Shown: piece by piece, positions 38,553-48,899 of the stretch
How the letters are laid out: each line of letters begins with the position of its first letter
Position numbering within the stretch: position 1 is the first letter of the stretch
Assembly (NCBI GenBank): GCA_963838695.1
Contig: CAWIRZ010000048.1
Span: 49,053-113,052, forward strand
Direction: 5' to 3'
DNA from: an uncultured beta proteobacterium
Lineage (GTDB): Bacteria > Pseudomonadota > Gammaproteobacteria > Burkholderiales > Burkholderiaceae
Length of the DNA stretch: 64,000 nucleotides
Position numbers and translations under genes: made by a program
Notes under the pieces: generated by a model
The model's input: only the letters and a program-made list of their open reading frames with translations
Databases searched by the model: none
What the model was told of the DNA's origin: nothing

Positions 38553-38853
38553 CATTCTCGACCGGCGGGCAATAGCGATCCGACGAGGCGCCCACTCAAT
38601 GGTCGGCGGCTGCACGCTGGCGCTTGAGCGCGGCGCGCGCGAAGGCGATGAAGCGTTGCGTGACGACATCGTCGCGGCCGGCCTGCCAGGCGAGCCAGCG
38701 TGCGTGGGGGCCTTGCAGCGTCAAGACGGTGGCGTCGCGCAGCAAATAGCGCATTCGCGAGCGCACGCGGATCGGCCGCGGTGAGCTTCGCTGTCGTCGC
38801 AAGACGGCGTCCGATGCGATAGCACTCTGCGGTTATGGGCTATGGACTACGGC

Positions 38854-39402
38854 CTATCGCCGATCCGTGCGCAGCAACCCGTAGATCGCGCCGTCCGAGA
38901 TTTCGCCGTCGATCATCCGCCGTTCGCGCAACAGCCCCTCTCTGACAAAACCCAGGCGTTCGAGCACGCGCGCCGATGCGGTGTTGCGCGGGTCGATTTC
39001 CGCTTCGATCCGATGCAACTGCAATAGATCAAACCCGCAATCGACCACGGCGCGCGCCGCCTCGCTCATGTAGCCGTTGCCCCAAAAAGGGCGATGCAGG
39101 CCGAAGCCGATTTCGGCATGCTTGGACGTCAGATCCGCATTGAACAGGCAGCAGGTGCCGATCATTTCGTGCGTCGAAGCGAGTTCGACGGCCCAGACGA
39201 GATCCGTATTCGCCGCCGATCCCTGCATCCGACGCGCCAGGTAATCGATGGCTTGCTCGATCTGCGTCATGACGGGAAACGACCAATAGCGCATGAATTG
39301 GACGTCGGAATACATCGCGAACATCGGGATAGCGTCTTCTGCTCGAGGAGGGCGCAGCATCAGCCGTGCGGTCGATAAGATGGAGGCATCGCGGAGTGGC
39401 AT
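38854..39402 (-). CDS. GNAT-family N-acetyltransferase (RimJ/RimL-like)
   Basis: 'RLMLRPPRAEDA' and 'AEIGFGLHRPFWGNGYMSEAARAVVDCGF...HRIEAEIDPRNTASARVLERLGF'. Confidence 0.85.
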   Translation of the reverse strand: MPLRDASILSTARLMLRPPRAEDAIPMFAMYSDVQFMRYWSFPVMTQIEQAIDYLARRMQGSAANTDLVWAVELASTHEMIGTCCLFNADLTSKHAEIGFGLHRPFWGNGYMSEAARAVVDCGFDLLQLHRIEAEIDPRNTASARVLERLGFVREGLLRERRMIDGEISDGAIYGLLRTDRR

Positions 39403-39636
39403 GGGAATGCTGAAGACGGGGCGCGGATGGGTGAGCAGTGTACGCGCGTTCGACGCGCCGGTATCATCTGCCGCCGTTCGCCGATAGGGAGACGTTCGAC
39501 AGCGCCTCATACATCGTCAACAATGCAGGGCCGGCCGCTGGCAACGCTCGCACCGGGGTACACCGGGCGCATTCAAATGCAGCACCCGATAGCGCAGTTG
39601 GTTTGTTTCAGTATCGATATCAGGATTGAGTCACCT

Positions 39637-40359
39637 ATGTCCCGCGCCGAACGTCTCCTTCAGCTCCTGCAAGCGTTACGTCGTTATCGACGCCCCGTGA
39701 GCGGCCAGGTGCTTGCGGATGAACTTGGCGTGAGCATCCGCACGCTATACCGGGACATCGCCAGTTTGCAGGCGCAGGGCGCAACGATCGAGGGCGAGCG
39801 AGGCATCGGCTACGTGATGAAGCCGGGCTTCATGCTGCCGCCCATCATGTTTTGCTCGGAGGAACTCGATGCCTTGGTGCTTGGCATGCGCTGGGTGGCC
39901 GATCGCTGCGACCAGACGCTGTCGTCCGGTGCGCTCAGTACACTTGCGAAGATCGCCGCGGTCCTGCCCACCGAGTTGCGTCGCGAACTGGAGGAATCTT
40001 CGCTGCTGATCGGCGCGCCGTTGACGCGGCCTACCCATACGATTTCGCCGGACCTCCTGCGTGCCGCCGTCCGCGCGGAGCGCAAGCTCGATATTACCTA
40101 CGTAGACGGCCGTGGTATTCGCTCGCAGCGTATCGTTTGGCCCTTTGCTTTGGTGTACTTCGACCAGGCGCGTGTGCTGATGTGTTGGTGCGAGCGTCGA
40201 GCCGATTTTCGGAATTTCCGCTCGGATCGGATTCTGAACGTCGAGCAGCTCGAAGTGCGCTATCCCAAACGGCGTGCGACGTTGCTGCGCGAGTGGCGCA
40301 AGCTTAACCAGGTAGCCAGCAAAACCATACTGCCAGAATCTGACAGCATCGATCATTAG
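39637..40359 (+). CDS. YafY-family (HTH plus WYL domain) transcriptional regulator
   Basis: 'RAERLLQLLQALRRYRRPVSGQVLADELGVSIRTLYRDIASLQAQG'. A WYL-type C-terminal half follows. Confidence 0.8.
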   Translation: MSRAERLLQLLQALRRYRRPVSGQVLADELGVSIRTLYRDIASLQAQGATIEGERGIGYVMKPGFMLPPIMFCSEELDALVLGMRWVADRCDQTLSSGALSTLAKIAAVLPTELRRELEESSLLIGAPLTRPTHTISPDLLRAAVRAERKLDITYVDGRGIRSQRIVWPFALVYFDQARVLMCWCERRADFRNFRSDRILNVEQLEVRYPKRRATLLREWRKLNQVASKTILPESDSIDH

Positions 40360-40391
40360 ACTGAGGCTCTTTTCTTGGAGAGGAGGCTCAA

Positions 40392-40766
40392 ATGAAGTTC
40401 GCATCGGTTCGTGTTGTTACCTCGGATGTCGAAAGGCTGATCGAGTTTTATCAGAGGCTTTCCGGCATCGAGGCGCTACGCCTGGCCGATGGATTTGCCG
40501 AGATGCGATTCGCAGGCGCGACGCTCGCTATCTCGTCCGAGCACCTGATTAAGCTTTTCAACGTCGGGGCCGCCACTGCGGCTGCCAATCGATCGGCAAT
40601 CTTTGAATTCGAAGTCGAGGACGTCGACGCCGTGCTTGAGCGGATGAATGGGTTCGGAACGCAGGTCGTGATGCCAACCACATTGATGCCTTGGGGCAAT
40701 CGATCGCTCCTATTGCGTGACCCCGATGGGAATCTCGTCAACGTATTCTCTCGACCCGGGCATTGA
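40392..40766 (+). CDS. VOC (glyoxalase/bleomycin-resistance) family protein
   Basis: 124 aa. 'VRVVTSDVERLIEFY' and 'LLLRDPDGNLVNVF' are typical VOC beta-alpha-beta modules. Confidence 0.75.
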   Translation: MKFASVRVVTSDVERLIEFYQRLSGIEALRLADGFAEMRFAGATLAISSEHLIKLFNVGAATAAANRSAIFEFEVEDVDAVLERMNGFGTQVVMPTTLMPWGNRSLLLRDPDGNLVNVFSRPGH

Positions 40767-40981
40767 GACCGCGCGCTGTCGTCCGCGAGCGGCGGGTGGC
40801 GGGTGGCGCTTAGGCGGAACGAGCGTCCGTTTTGCGCGGATCGCCGCGATGCCCGCGGCAACCTGCCGACTGCCGACAACTCCCGGCGTAAAATCGTCGC
40901 CATCACGTCACGGAAGGCACGCGTGCTTTGTCGCGGAGCGGAGCATCGCATCGCAGCAAAAACCGGCATGCGGGAGACGAT

Positions 40982-41674
40982 ATGGCATACAACGAACGCC
41001 GGCCGGTACGGCGAGCCACGAGCGCTTGCGTTGTCGCATGGGTCGCGGCGGCGCTAACCAGCGCACACGCGCAGAGTCCGTCTTCGGGGCAGCAGATTGC
41101 CGCCGGGGGCAGTGCTCAAGGCGCTGCCGCCTGCGTGGGTTGCCATGGCGCAGCGGGACAAGGCAACGCCGGCGCCGGGTTTCCGCGGCTCGCCGGGCTC
41201 AGCGCCCCTTATCTCGATGCGCAACTGACGGCATTTGCCGATGGCAGTCGTCAAAGCGTCGTGATGCAGCCCATCGCCACCCTCCTGACAGCCTCTGAAC
41301 GCACCGCGGTTGCGAACTACTTCGGCACGCTTTCGCGTCCTCAAGGTATTCGTACGAGCGATCCGTCCGATCCGCTACCTTCGGATACCGGCGCCTGGCT
41401 GGCAACGCGCGGACGGTGGAACGACAATATGCCTGCTTGCGCGCAGTGCCACGGCCCCGGCGGCGCCGGCGTAGGCAGTGTCTTTCCGCCATTGGCCGGC
41501 CAGCCTGCGAGCTACATCGAAACGCAGTTGCACGATTGGAAAACAGGCGCGCGCCCACCGGGGCCGCTCGCGCTGATGCCCGCTGTGGCGACCAAGCTTT
41601 CCGATGCCGACATCCACGCTGTGGCGCAGTATTACGCGCAACCGACGCAAATCGGCGAAACGGCAGGGCAATAA
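40982..41674 (+). CDS. tsdB: di-haem cytochrome c4-like protein (TsdB-like)
   Basis: Two CxxCH motifs ('CVGCHG' and 'CAQCHG'). 'FPRLAG' and 'FPPLAGQ' are c4-type motifs. Sits immediately upstream of the TsdA-like gene. Confidence 0.6.
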   Translation: MAYNERRPVRRATSACVVAWVAAALTSAHAQSPSSGQQIAAGGSAQGAAACVGCHGAAGQGNAGAGFPRLAGLSAPYLDAQLTAFADGSRQSVVMQPIATLLTASERTAVANYFGTLSRPQGIRTSDPSDPLPSDTGAWLATRGRWNDNMPACAQCHGPGGAGVGSVFPPLAGQPASYIETQLHDWKTGARPPGPLALMPAVATKLSDADIHAVAQYYAQPTQIGETAGQ

Positions 41675-41683
41675 AAGGAAATC

Positions 41684-42604
41684 ATGAGGACTGAACGAAA
41701 GCGTAGAGGCGCAATGCTCCTGGCCGCTTTGTCGATCATGTGGCCTCTAGGTCAAGGCATCGCGGCGGAGCCCGCGGGTGTGACGGCCGCCTCCGAGCCG
41801 GTTACTGTTCCAGGCCGTCCGTTCGAACCGCCTCCGGAAAACGCGATGCCGAGCGGCGAGTTCGGCAAGTCGGTCAAGCTCGGCGAGCAGATCTTTATGC
41901 ATACCGGGCAATTCGCCGGAAAGTTTGTCGGTAACGCGCTGACGTGCGCCAACTGTCATCTCGACGCAGGCCGTCGAGCAGATTCTGGCCCGCTCTGGGC
42001 TGCCTATATTTCGTATCCGGCGTATCGCAGCAAGAACGGGCACGTGAATACGCTCGCGGAACGGATGCAAGGATGCTTTCGCTACAGCATGAACGGCAAG
42101 GCGCCGCCGCTCGGCGATCCGGTTTTGGTTGCGCTGGAGAGCTACGCGTTCTGGCTCGCCACGGGCGCTCCGGTCGGCGAGAAGCTCGCAGGCAGGGGCT
42201 ATCCAACGTTGCCTGCGCCCGCGCTGAAGGCGGATTTCGGGCGTGGTGCGCTGGTGTATGCGCAGCACTGTTCCGTGTGCCATGGCCCCGAGGGGCAGGG
42301 GCAGAGCAGCGCCGGTCGAACGGTGTTCCCGCCGCTTTGGGGCGATCGCTCGTTCAACTGGGGGGCGGGCATGCATGAGATCCAAAATGCTGCCGGCTTT
42401 ATCAAGGCCAATATGCCCTTAGGATTGGGCAACACACTGACCGACCAGCAAGCTTGGGATGTGGCGTTTTTCATGGATAGCCACGAACGTCCGCAGGATC
42501 CGCGATTCAACGGTTCGGTCGATCAGACGCGGGCGAAATTCCACGATACGCCGATGTCGATGTATGGCCGGATCGTGAATGGCCATAAGCTTGGCGGTTC
42601 GTGA
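41684..42604 (+). CDS. tsdA: di-haem cytochrome c, thiosulfate dehydrogenase TsdA-like
   Basis: 'CANCHLDAG' and 'CSVCHGPEG' are the haem sites. 'MQGCFRYSMNG' provides the Cys that serves as an axial ligand in the TsdA family. Confidence 0.65.
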   Translation: MRTERKRRGAMLLAALSIMWPLGQGIAAEPAGVTAASEPVTVPGRPFEPPPENAMPSGEFGKSVKLGEQIFMHTGQFAGKFVGNALTCANCHLDAGRRADSGPLWAAYISYPAYRSKNGHVNTLAERMQGCFRYSMNGKAPPLGDPVLVALESYAFWLATGAPVGEKLAGRGYPTLPAPALKADFGRGALVYAQHCSVCHGPEGQGQSSAGRTVFPPLWGDRSFNWGAGMHEIQNAAGFIKANMPLGLGNTLTDQQAWDVAFFMDSHERPQDPRFNGSVDQTRAKFHDTPMSMYGRIVNGHKLGGS

Positions 42605-42864
42605 ACGAAGGCGCTCGTGATTGGAGACGGCGAGCCACGGTCGTGGCGCCGCCGTCCAATCGTCGCGCCCACGCCTTCGCTGCGAGCACAATAAGAATCC
42701 CCGCCCGTGCGGGCGGAGACAGTGCCGAAGTCGTTGATTTCGGCGGCGACGAGCGGTTGCCGGTGCTATTCCAGGTGCTGTGCGATGTTGCCGACGGGGC
42801 TGAGGGGCCGACGGGGCTGACGGCATGGCACCGGCCGCACTCGGCAGCCGGTTGCGACGATCGC

Positions 42865-43312
42865 TCAGTCGCGATAGTGGCGGTGGTGGCGCCGGCCACG
42901 ATGCCCGTGGGAATCGTTGGCGTAGGCGTTCGCGCGCGAGATATGGCCGCCGAGCGCCGAGCCGGCTCCGCCGCCCGCCGCCGCGCCAATGATGCCGCCT
43001 GCGCGTCCGCCCATGGCGTTGCCAGCCGCCGCACCTGCGCCGCCGCCCAGTGCGCCGCCTACGATCGCACCCGTGCGCTCGCGACGATTCGAGGTCACGG
43101 CGCCACCTGCGCCGCCACCCACCGCACCGCCGATGATCGAGCCGGTGCTTCCCCCTACGGCGCCGCCCAGGGCAGCACCCGCTGCGCCACCCAGTGCGCC
43201 GCCGAGTGCGTTGTTCAGGTCGCCCGCGAGCGCCGGCAGCGACGTCAACGCAGGCCAACGCCACACAGGTCGCCGATACGGCGGTTCGAGCATGCTTCTT
43301 CAGCTTCAACAT
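42865..43312 (-). pseudogene. glycine-zipper (OsmB/Gly-zipper_2TM-like) small protein, apparent frameshift in the signal peptide
   Basis: A good signal peptide 'MLKLKKHARTAVSATCVALA' starts at 43312 in one frame. The Gly-zipper body 'ALTSLPALAGDLNNALGGALGGAAGAALGG...' is in another frame. The junction is near 43255. Confidence 0.45.
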
Positions 43313-43634
43313 TTAAGGTCCTCTTGCCTATTGTTGGAATGGTGGCGCGCAGTATACCGGGGTCCAGAAAGCCCGGTGTTGCTCGCTCGTACGGACCCTG
43401 TAAGAAGCGTAACCAAAATCGAAGGGTGCCGTCGCCGAAGCGTCTGACGCATTGCACAAAATTTGCTTCTTTGCCGCGCGAGCGTTTAGGGAGAGCAAAA
43501 AAGTATCGAAAAATAGGCGTAAAGTTGGTGGAGGCGGCACGGCGATCGCCCTACATTTCAGTCAACGCGACGACCGATCGCGCTTTCGTCGGCGAGCGGG
43601 AGCCCGCAGCGTAGGACAGTGGAGGGGAGACATC

Positions 43635-44666
43635 ATGATGATGCGTCCGGATCTTGAAGTGGTCGAGGTGCGACGGGACGAGTCGTTTAAGGTCTGGTCG
43701 CACGGTTATCCCTACCGGACGATTCGTTGGCACTTCCATCCGGAGTTCGAACTGCATCTGATCGTCGCGACGCGCGGCAAATATTTCGTCGGCGATTACA
43801 TCGGTTCGTTCGGCCCCGGCCATCTGGTGCTTGTCGGGCCGAACTTGCCGCATAACTGGGTCAGCGACGTAGCGGAAGGCGACACGATCGAGCGGCGCAA
43901 TCTCGTGATGCAGTTCAGTCAAGACTTCGTGCGCCGCTGTTTAGATGCATTTCCGGAGTGTCGCGAGGCGCAAGCTCTGCTCGACGACGCGCAACGTGGC
44001 GTCGTGTTCGACGACACCACCAGCGCCGCTGTCGCACCTCTCTTCGAAGCGCTGTTGACGGCGCACGGCATCCGGCGAACGTCGCTGTTTCTGACGCTGC
44101 TCGACCGTCTGTGCAATGCCGAAAAGCGCACACTGCTCGCGAGTCCCGCATCGAATCGGCCGAACGCCGCATCGACGCGGCTGAGCCATGCGCTTTCGTA
44201 TATCGGCAAGAACCTGACTTCGGAGTTGCGCGAGGCGGATCTCGCACAACTCGCGGGGCAGAGCATCAGTGCGTTCTCTCGGGCGTTTCACCGTTACACC
44301 GGGATGCCGTTCGTGCAATACGTGAACCGGTTGCGGATCGAATCCGCCTGCCTCATGTTGCTGGCCGACGAGGCGAAGATCACCGAAGTGTGCTTCCAAT
44401 CGGGGTTCAATAACGTCTCCAATTTCAATCGCCAGTTCCGTGCGGCGAAGGGCATGTCGCCGTCCGAGTTCCGAACGCTGCAGCGCTTGAATGCGGGCAG
44501 CCGTAACGTTGCGCTTCACGCGGCGAATGGCGATGGCGATGCAGTTGCCGATGCGGATGCCATCGCCGATAGCGGTATCCCGACCGGCGCGCTGCCGCAC
44601 GTTATCAAGCCGCAGCTCGCCACAAACGTTGCACCGGCTCGGCCCCCGAACTCACTTCAACCTTAG
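43635..44666 (+). CDS. AraC-family transcriptional regulator (cupin N-domain)
   Basis: GGAGGGGA SD upstream. 'WHFHPEFELHLIV' is the cupin part. 'FSRAFHRYTGMPFVQYVNRLRIESACLML...GFNNVSNFNRQFRAAKGMSPSEFR' is the HTH_18 part. Confidence 0.85.
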   Translation: MMMRPDLEVVEVRRDESFKVWSHGYPYRTIRWHFHPEFELHLIVATRGKYFVGDYIGSFGPGHLVLVGPNLPHNWVSDVAEGDTIERRNLVMQFSQDFVRRCLDAFPECREAQALLDDAQRGVVFDDTTSAAVAPLFEALLTAHGIRRTSLFLTLLDRLCNAEKRTLLASPASNRPNAASTRLSHALSYIGKNLTSELREADLAQLAGQSISAFSRAFHRYTGMPFVQYVNRLRIESACLMLLADEAKITEVCFQSGFNNVSNFNRQFRAAKGMSPSEFRTLQRLNAGSRNVALHAANGDGDAVADADAIADSGIPTGALPHVIKPQLATNVAPARPPNSLQP

Positions 44667-44851
44667 CGTCCGAATCTGTCCGCCATTTAAAAATATCGCG
44701 CGCTTTCCTGCGCGATGGCCTCGCTCGCTCTAAAGAAAAAAAGCACTCACTCAACCGGAGACACTTTGATGACTGAACCCCTCATCGATTGAACGGGCTT
44801 GGCGCCACAGCCACCCGAACCAAAAAATTTTTCCAACAATGGAGACAAACA

Positions 44852-45913
44852 ATGATGACGAGACTTTCAAACCAACTGCTGCGCGCCGGCGCGCTGGCCC
44901 TCAGCGTGGCCGGCAGCACGGCCGCGTTCGCTGCGCCGAGCGGCACCGTCGCTTTCCTCATGCCCGACGAAGCTTCGACGCGGTATGAGCAGCACGATTT
45001 TCCCGGCTTCGAGGCGGCCATGAAAAAGCTCTGCCCCGATTGCAAGCTGCTCTACCAGAACGCCAATGCCCAGGTCGCCCAGCAACAACAACAGTTCAAT
45101 TCGGCGATTGCGCAGGGCGCTAAAGTGATCGTGCTCGATCCGGTCGACTCCACGGCCGCCGCGTCTCTCGTACGGATGGCTCAGAGCCAAGGCATCAAGG
45201 TGATCGCCTATGACCGCCCGGTGCCTTCGACACCTGCCGATTACTACGTCTCGTTCGATAACGAGGGGATCGGCAAGGCAATCGCGCAGTCGTTAGTGGA
45301 ACATCTGAAAGACGCGGGGGTGTCGCCCGGCAAGGGTGGTGTTCTCGAAGTCAACGGTTCGCCCACCGATGCTGCCGCGGGCCTGATTCGCAAGGGTATC
45401 CACGAGGGGTTGGAGGGCAGCGGCTATAAGACGCTGGCCGAGTACGACACGCCCGACTGGGCACCGCCGAAGGCTCAACAATGGGTAAGCGGTCAGATTA
45501 CCCGCTTCGGTGCGCAGATCGTCGGCGTGGTGGCGGCCAACGACGGAACGGCCGGCGGGACCATCGCCGCGTTCAAGGCCGCAGGCGTCAATCCGCTTCC
45601 GCCCGTCACGGGCAACGATGCGACGCTGGCCGGGCTGCAGTTGATCATCGCGGGGGATCAGTACAACACCATTCTCAAGCCTAGCGAAATCGTGGCCGGC
45701 GCCGCGGCGAAGGTTGCCGTCGGCTTCCTCTCCGGCCAAAAGCCGAAGGCCGAGACCACGCTGTTCAATACGCCTACGCAACTGTTCAAGCCGGCCGTCA
45801 TTACGCAGAAGAACCTCAAAGCGGAGGTGGTCGACAAGGGCATCGCGAGTGCCGCGCAACTCTGTGCGGGCCGCTATGCGGATGGCTGCAAAAAACTGGG
45901 AATCGCGCACTGA
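44852..45913 (+). CDS. sugar/polyol ABC transporter periplasmic binding protein
   Basis: GGAGA SD upstream. Signal peptide 'MMTRLSNQLLRAGALALSVAGSTAAFA'. Peripla_BP_4-like blocks 'VIVLDPVD' and 'VIAYDR'. Confidence 0.8.
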   Translation: MMTRLSNQLLRAGALALSVAGSTAAFAAPSGTVAFLMPDEASTRYEQHDFPGFEAAMKKLCPDCKLLYQNANAQVAQQQQQFNSAIAQGAKVIVLDPVDSTAAASLVRMAQSQGIKVIAYDRPVPSTPADYYVSFDNEGIGKAIAQSLVEHLKDAGVSPGKGGVLEVNGSPTDAAAGLIRKGIHEGLEGSGYKTLAEYDTPDWAPPKAQQWVSGQITRFGAQIVGVVAANDGTAGGTIAAFKAAGVNPLPPVTGNDATLAGLQLIIAGDQYNTILKPSEIVAGAAAKVAVGFLSGQKPKAETTLFNTPTQLFKPAVITQKNLKAEVVDKGIASAAQLCAGRYADGCKKLGIAH

Positions 45914-45982
45914 TCCGGCTCGAAGTTAGGTGGACGGGCCCGGTCGAGATGGGCCCGTCGGAAACGAAGAAGGACGTCTCCC

Positions 45983-46798
45983 ATGACTGACAAACGAACG
46001 GCACGCGCGAAATCGGGCGAACTTGTGCTCAGCCTGCGCGGCATTTCCAAGCACTTCGGCGCGGTGTCGGCCTTGACCGATATCGAACTCGACGTGCACG
46101 CCGGCGAGGTCGTCGCATTGGTCGGCGACAACGGGGCCGGCAAATCGACCCTCGTCAAAGTTCTCGCCGGTGTGCATCAACCGAGCGCCGGCACGATCAC
46201 GTTCGGGGGCCGCGAGGTGGTCTTGTCCGATCCCGGTACGGCGCTCGACCTTGGCATCGCGACCGTATTCCAGGACCTCGCGCTGTGCGAAAACCTCGAT
46301 GTCGTCGCCAATATCTTTCTCGGGCGAGAGACGGCGCCCTGGCGTCTCGATGAAGTGTCGATGGAAGTGAGAGCGTGGACGCTGCTTAACGAGCTGTCGG
46401 CGCGCATCCCGGACGTGCGCGATGTCGTCGCATCGCTGTCGGGCGGGCAACGGCAAACCGTCGCGATCGCGCGTTCGCTGTTGCTCGATCCGAAGTTGAT
46501 CATGCTCGATGAGCCGACAGCGGCGCTCGGCGTGGCTCAGACGGCCGAAGTGTTGAACTTGATCGAGCGGGTGCGCGATCGCGGTCACGCGGTGATCATG
46601 ATCAGCCACAACATGGAAGACGTGCGCGCCGTGGCGGACAAGATCGTCGTGCTGAGACTGGGCCGCAATAACGGCGAGTTTTACCCCGATTCGTCGAACG
46701 AAGCGCTCGTGGCCGCGATCACCGGCGCGACCGAGAACGCCGTGTCGCGCCGCGCCGGCCGACGCCAAGCCGAGCAGGCCGCAGGGCCCAAGGAGTGA
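45983..46798 (+). CDS. ABC transporter ATP-binding protein
   Basis: Walker A 'GDNGAGKST', signature 'LSGGQRQ', Walker B 'LIMLDEPT'. Confidence 0.9.
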   Translation: MTDKRTARAKSGELVLSLRGISKHFGAVSALTDIELDVHAGEVVALVGDNGAGKSTLVKVLAGVHQPSAGTITFGGREVVLSDPGTALDLGIATVFQDLALCENLDVVANIFLGRETAPWRLDEVSMEVRAWTLLNELSARIPDVRDVVASLSGGQRQTVAIARSLLLDPKLIMLDEPTAALGVAQTAEVLNLIERVRDRGHAVIMISHNMEDVRAVADKIVVLRLGRNNGEFYPDSSNEALVAAITGATENAVSRRAGRRQAEQAAGPKE

Positions 46799-46800
46799 CC

Positions 46801-48087
46801 ATGAGTCAGCATACGCAACCTGCTCCCAAGGATGGCGTGCCGTCAACGCCTACCCCTACCCCTACGCCCCTCGATCGCGACGATGTGCGCGTCAAACATG
46901 CGAATAGCGTCGGCGACGTCATCGGCGCCTTCGTCGATCGCATCCGCTCCGGTGACGTGGGCGCGTTGCCCGTCATCGTGGGTCTCGTCATCATTTGGAC
47001 CGTATTCACGAGCTTGAATCCGGTTTTCCTGTCCGCCAACAATTTGGTCAATCTGCTCTTCGACTGTTCGACGGTGGGCGTGATCGCGCTGGGCATCGTC
47101 TGCGTCTTACTGGTTGGGCAAATCGATTTGTCGGTCGGATCCATGAGCGGCTTTGCCTCTGCGCTCGTCGGCATGCTCTGGGTCGATCAAGGCTGGCCGG
47201 TTTGGCTCGCGATCGTCGTGGCCATCGTGGCCGGTGCGCTTGCGGGCGGGGTGTATGCCCTGCTGTTCAATCGGCTCGGGATGCCGAGCTTCGTCTCCAC
47301 GCTCTCCGGGTTGCTTGCCATTCTCGGCATGCAGCTCTACGTGCTGGGTGCGGCCGGATCGATCAACTTGCCTTACGGCTCGCAGCTCGTGAACCTCGGG
47401 CAACTCATGATCATTCCGCCTCTCGTCTCGCACCTGCTTGCCTTGCTTCCGGGCGCGGTGATGCTGTTTGTCGGCACGAGTACACGCGCGCGCCGCCGTG
47501 CGGTCAATCTGTCGGTGCCTTCGATGGCGGGCCTTTGCGCTCGAAGCGGTGCGCTTACCGTGGTATTGGAAATCGCGGTCGCCTACTTGAACCGTGGCCG
47601 AGGCGTTCCGTTGATGTTCGGCATCTTCCTTGGGCTGACCGTCGCGATGAACTATGCGCTGACGCGCACGCGTTGGGGACGATCGATGAACGCCGTGGGC
47701 GGCAACCACGAAGCGGCGCGCCGGGCGGGCATCAACGTCGGTGCGATCTACACGAGCGCCTTTGTGCTGTGCGCGAGTTTTGCCGCGCTCGGCGGCGTGC
47801 TGACGGCTGCACGGCTCGCTTCGGCCAGCCAGCAGGCCGGCACCGGAGACGTCAACCTGAATGCGATCGCGGCGGCCGTGATCGGCGGCACCAGCCTCTT
47901 CGGCGGACGCGGCAGCGCGTATTCGGCGGTGCTGGGCATCATCGTCATTCAATCGATCGCCAGCGGCTTGACGCTGCTGAACCTCTCGTCCTCGCTGCGT
48001 TTCATGATTACCGGAGCGGTGCTTGCCATTGCCGTAATCGTCGATTCGCTTGCGAGGCAGTCGCGCGCTTCGCATGGACGCGCGTAA
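46801..48087 (+). CDS. sugar ABC transporter permease (XylH/RbsC-like)
   Basis: AAGGAG SD 5 nt upstream. Polytopic protein. 'NAVGGNHEAARRAGINV' is the conserved cytoplasmic loop. Confidence 0.85.
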   Translation: MSQHTQPAPKDGVPSTPTPTPTPLDRDDVRVKHANSVGDVIGAFVDRIRSGDVGALPVIVGLVIIWTVFTSLNPVFLSANNLVNLLFDCSTVGVIALGIVCVLLVGQIDLSVGSMSGFASALVGMLWVDQGWPVWLAIVVAIVAGALAGGVYALLFNRLGMPSFVSTLSGLLAILGMQLYVLGAAGSINLPYGSQLVNLGQLMIIPPLVSHLLALLPGAVMLFVGTSTRARRRAVNLSVPSMAGLCARSGALTVVLEIAVAYLNRGRGVPLMFGIFLGLTVAMNYALTRTRWGRSMNAVGGNHEAARRAGINVGAIYTSAFVLCASFAALGGVLTAARLASASQQAGTGDVNLNAIAAAVIGGTSLFGGRGSAYSAVLGIIVIQSIASGLTLLNLSSSLRFMITGAVLAIAVIVDSLARQSRASHGRA

Positions 48088-48135
48088 TCGAGTCATCGAG
48101 CCATCGAGCCATCGAGTCCTCCAGGAGAGCAGTGA

Positions 48136-48864
48136 ATGTCTGAATCGTTGATGGGAAAGGTCGCCGCCATTACGGGCGCGGCATCGGGAATCGGATTGGA
48201 ATGTGCGCGCGCACTGATTGGGCAGGGCGCTCGTGTCGTCTTGATCGATCGAGCGGCCGAGCGGCTCGCCGCGTGCTGCGCGGAGCTTGGACCCAATGCG
48301 CTACCGCTGGTGGTGGATTTACTGCAGCCGGCGGAAGTTTCCGACCTGCTGCCGAAGATCCTCGAGCTAGCCGGCAGCCTGGATATCTTTCATGCGAATG
48401 CGGGCGCCTATGTCGGCGGAGACATACTGGACGGCAATCCCGACGAGTGGGACCGCGTGCTCAGGCTCAACGTCAACGCGGCGTTCCGATCCGTGCATGC
48501 CGTGCTGCCTCATATGGTCGCCCGTAAAACAGGGGATATCATCTTTACCAGTTCCATCGCGGGCATTGTGCCCGTTGTTTGGGAGCCGATCTATACCGCC
48601 TCGAAGTTTGCGGTGCAAGCCTTCGTTCATACCACTCGACGCCAGTTGGCGAAGCATGGCGTGCGCGTGGGAGCGGTGGCGCCGGGGCCGGTCGTGACAG
48701 CCTTGCTGGACGATTGGCCAAAGGCCAAAATGGACGAGGCGCTGGCCGCGGGCAGCTTGATGCAACCGGTGGAAGTGGCCGATGCCGTACTCTTCATGCT
48801 GACACGGCCGCGCAACGTGACCATTCGCGATCTGGTGATCCTGCCGAACAACGTGGATCTCTGA
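48136..48864 (+). CDS. SDR-family polyol/sugar dehydrogenase
   Basis: '[13 protein letters not shown]', 'YTASKFAV' and an AGGAGAG SD upstream. Confidence 0.85.
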   Translation: MSESLMGKVAAITGAASGIGLECARALIGQGARVVLIDRAAERLAACCAELGPNALPLVVDLLQPAEVSDLLPKILELAGSLDIFHANAGAYVGGDILDGNPDEWDRVLRLNVNAAFRSVHAVLPHMVARKTGDIIFTSSIAGIVPVVWEPIYTASKFAVQAFVHTTRRQLAKHGVRVGAVAPGPVVTALLDDWPKAKMDEALAAGSLMQPVEVADAVLFMLTRPRNVTIRDLVILPNNVDL

Positions 48865-48899
48865 TCGACGCGGTGCCGGCCTAACGGTGGGGAGCATTC

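Noticed and set aside
38596-38802. 68-aa ORF ending '...VVTQRFIAFARAALKRQ', a possible LysR C-terminal relic
   Set aside because: It is too short and too weakly similar to support. It is mentioned only as a possible further gene remnant.
40982-42604. The TsdB/TsdA-like cytochrome pair as a novel system
   Set aside because: It matches a known thiosulfate dehydrogenase gene pair layout. This is ordinary metabolism and only the family assignment needs confirmation.
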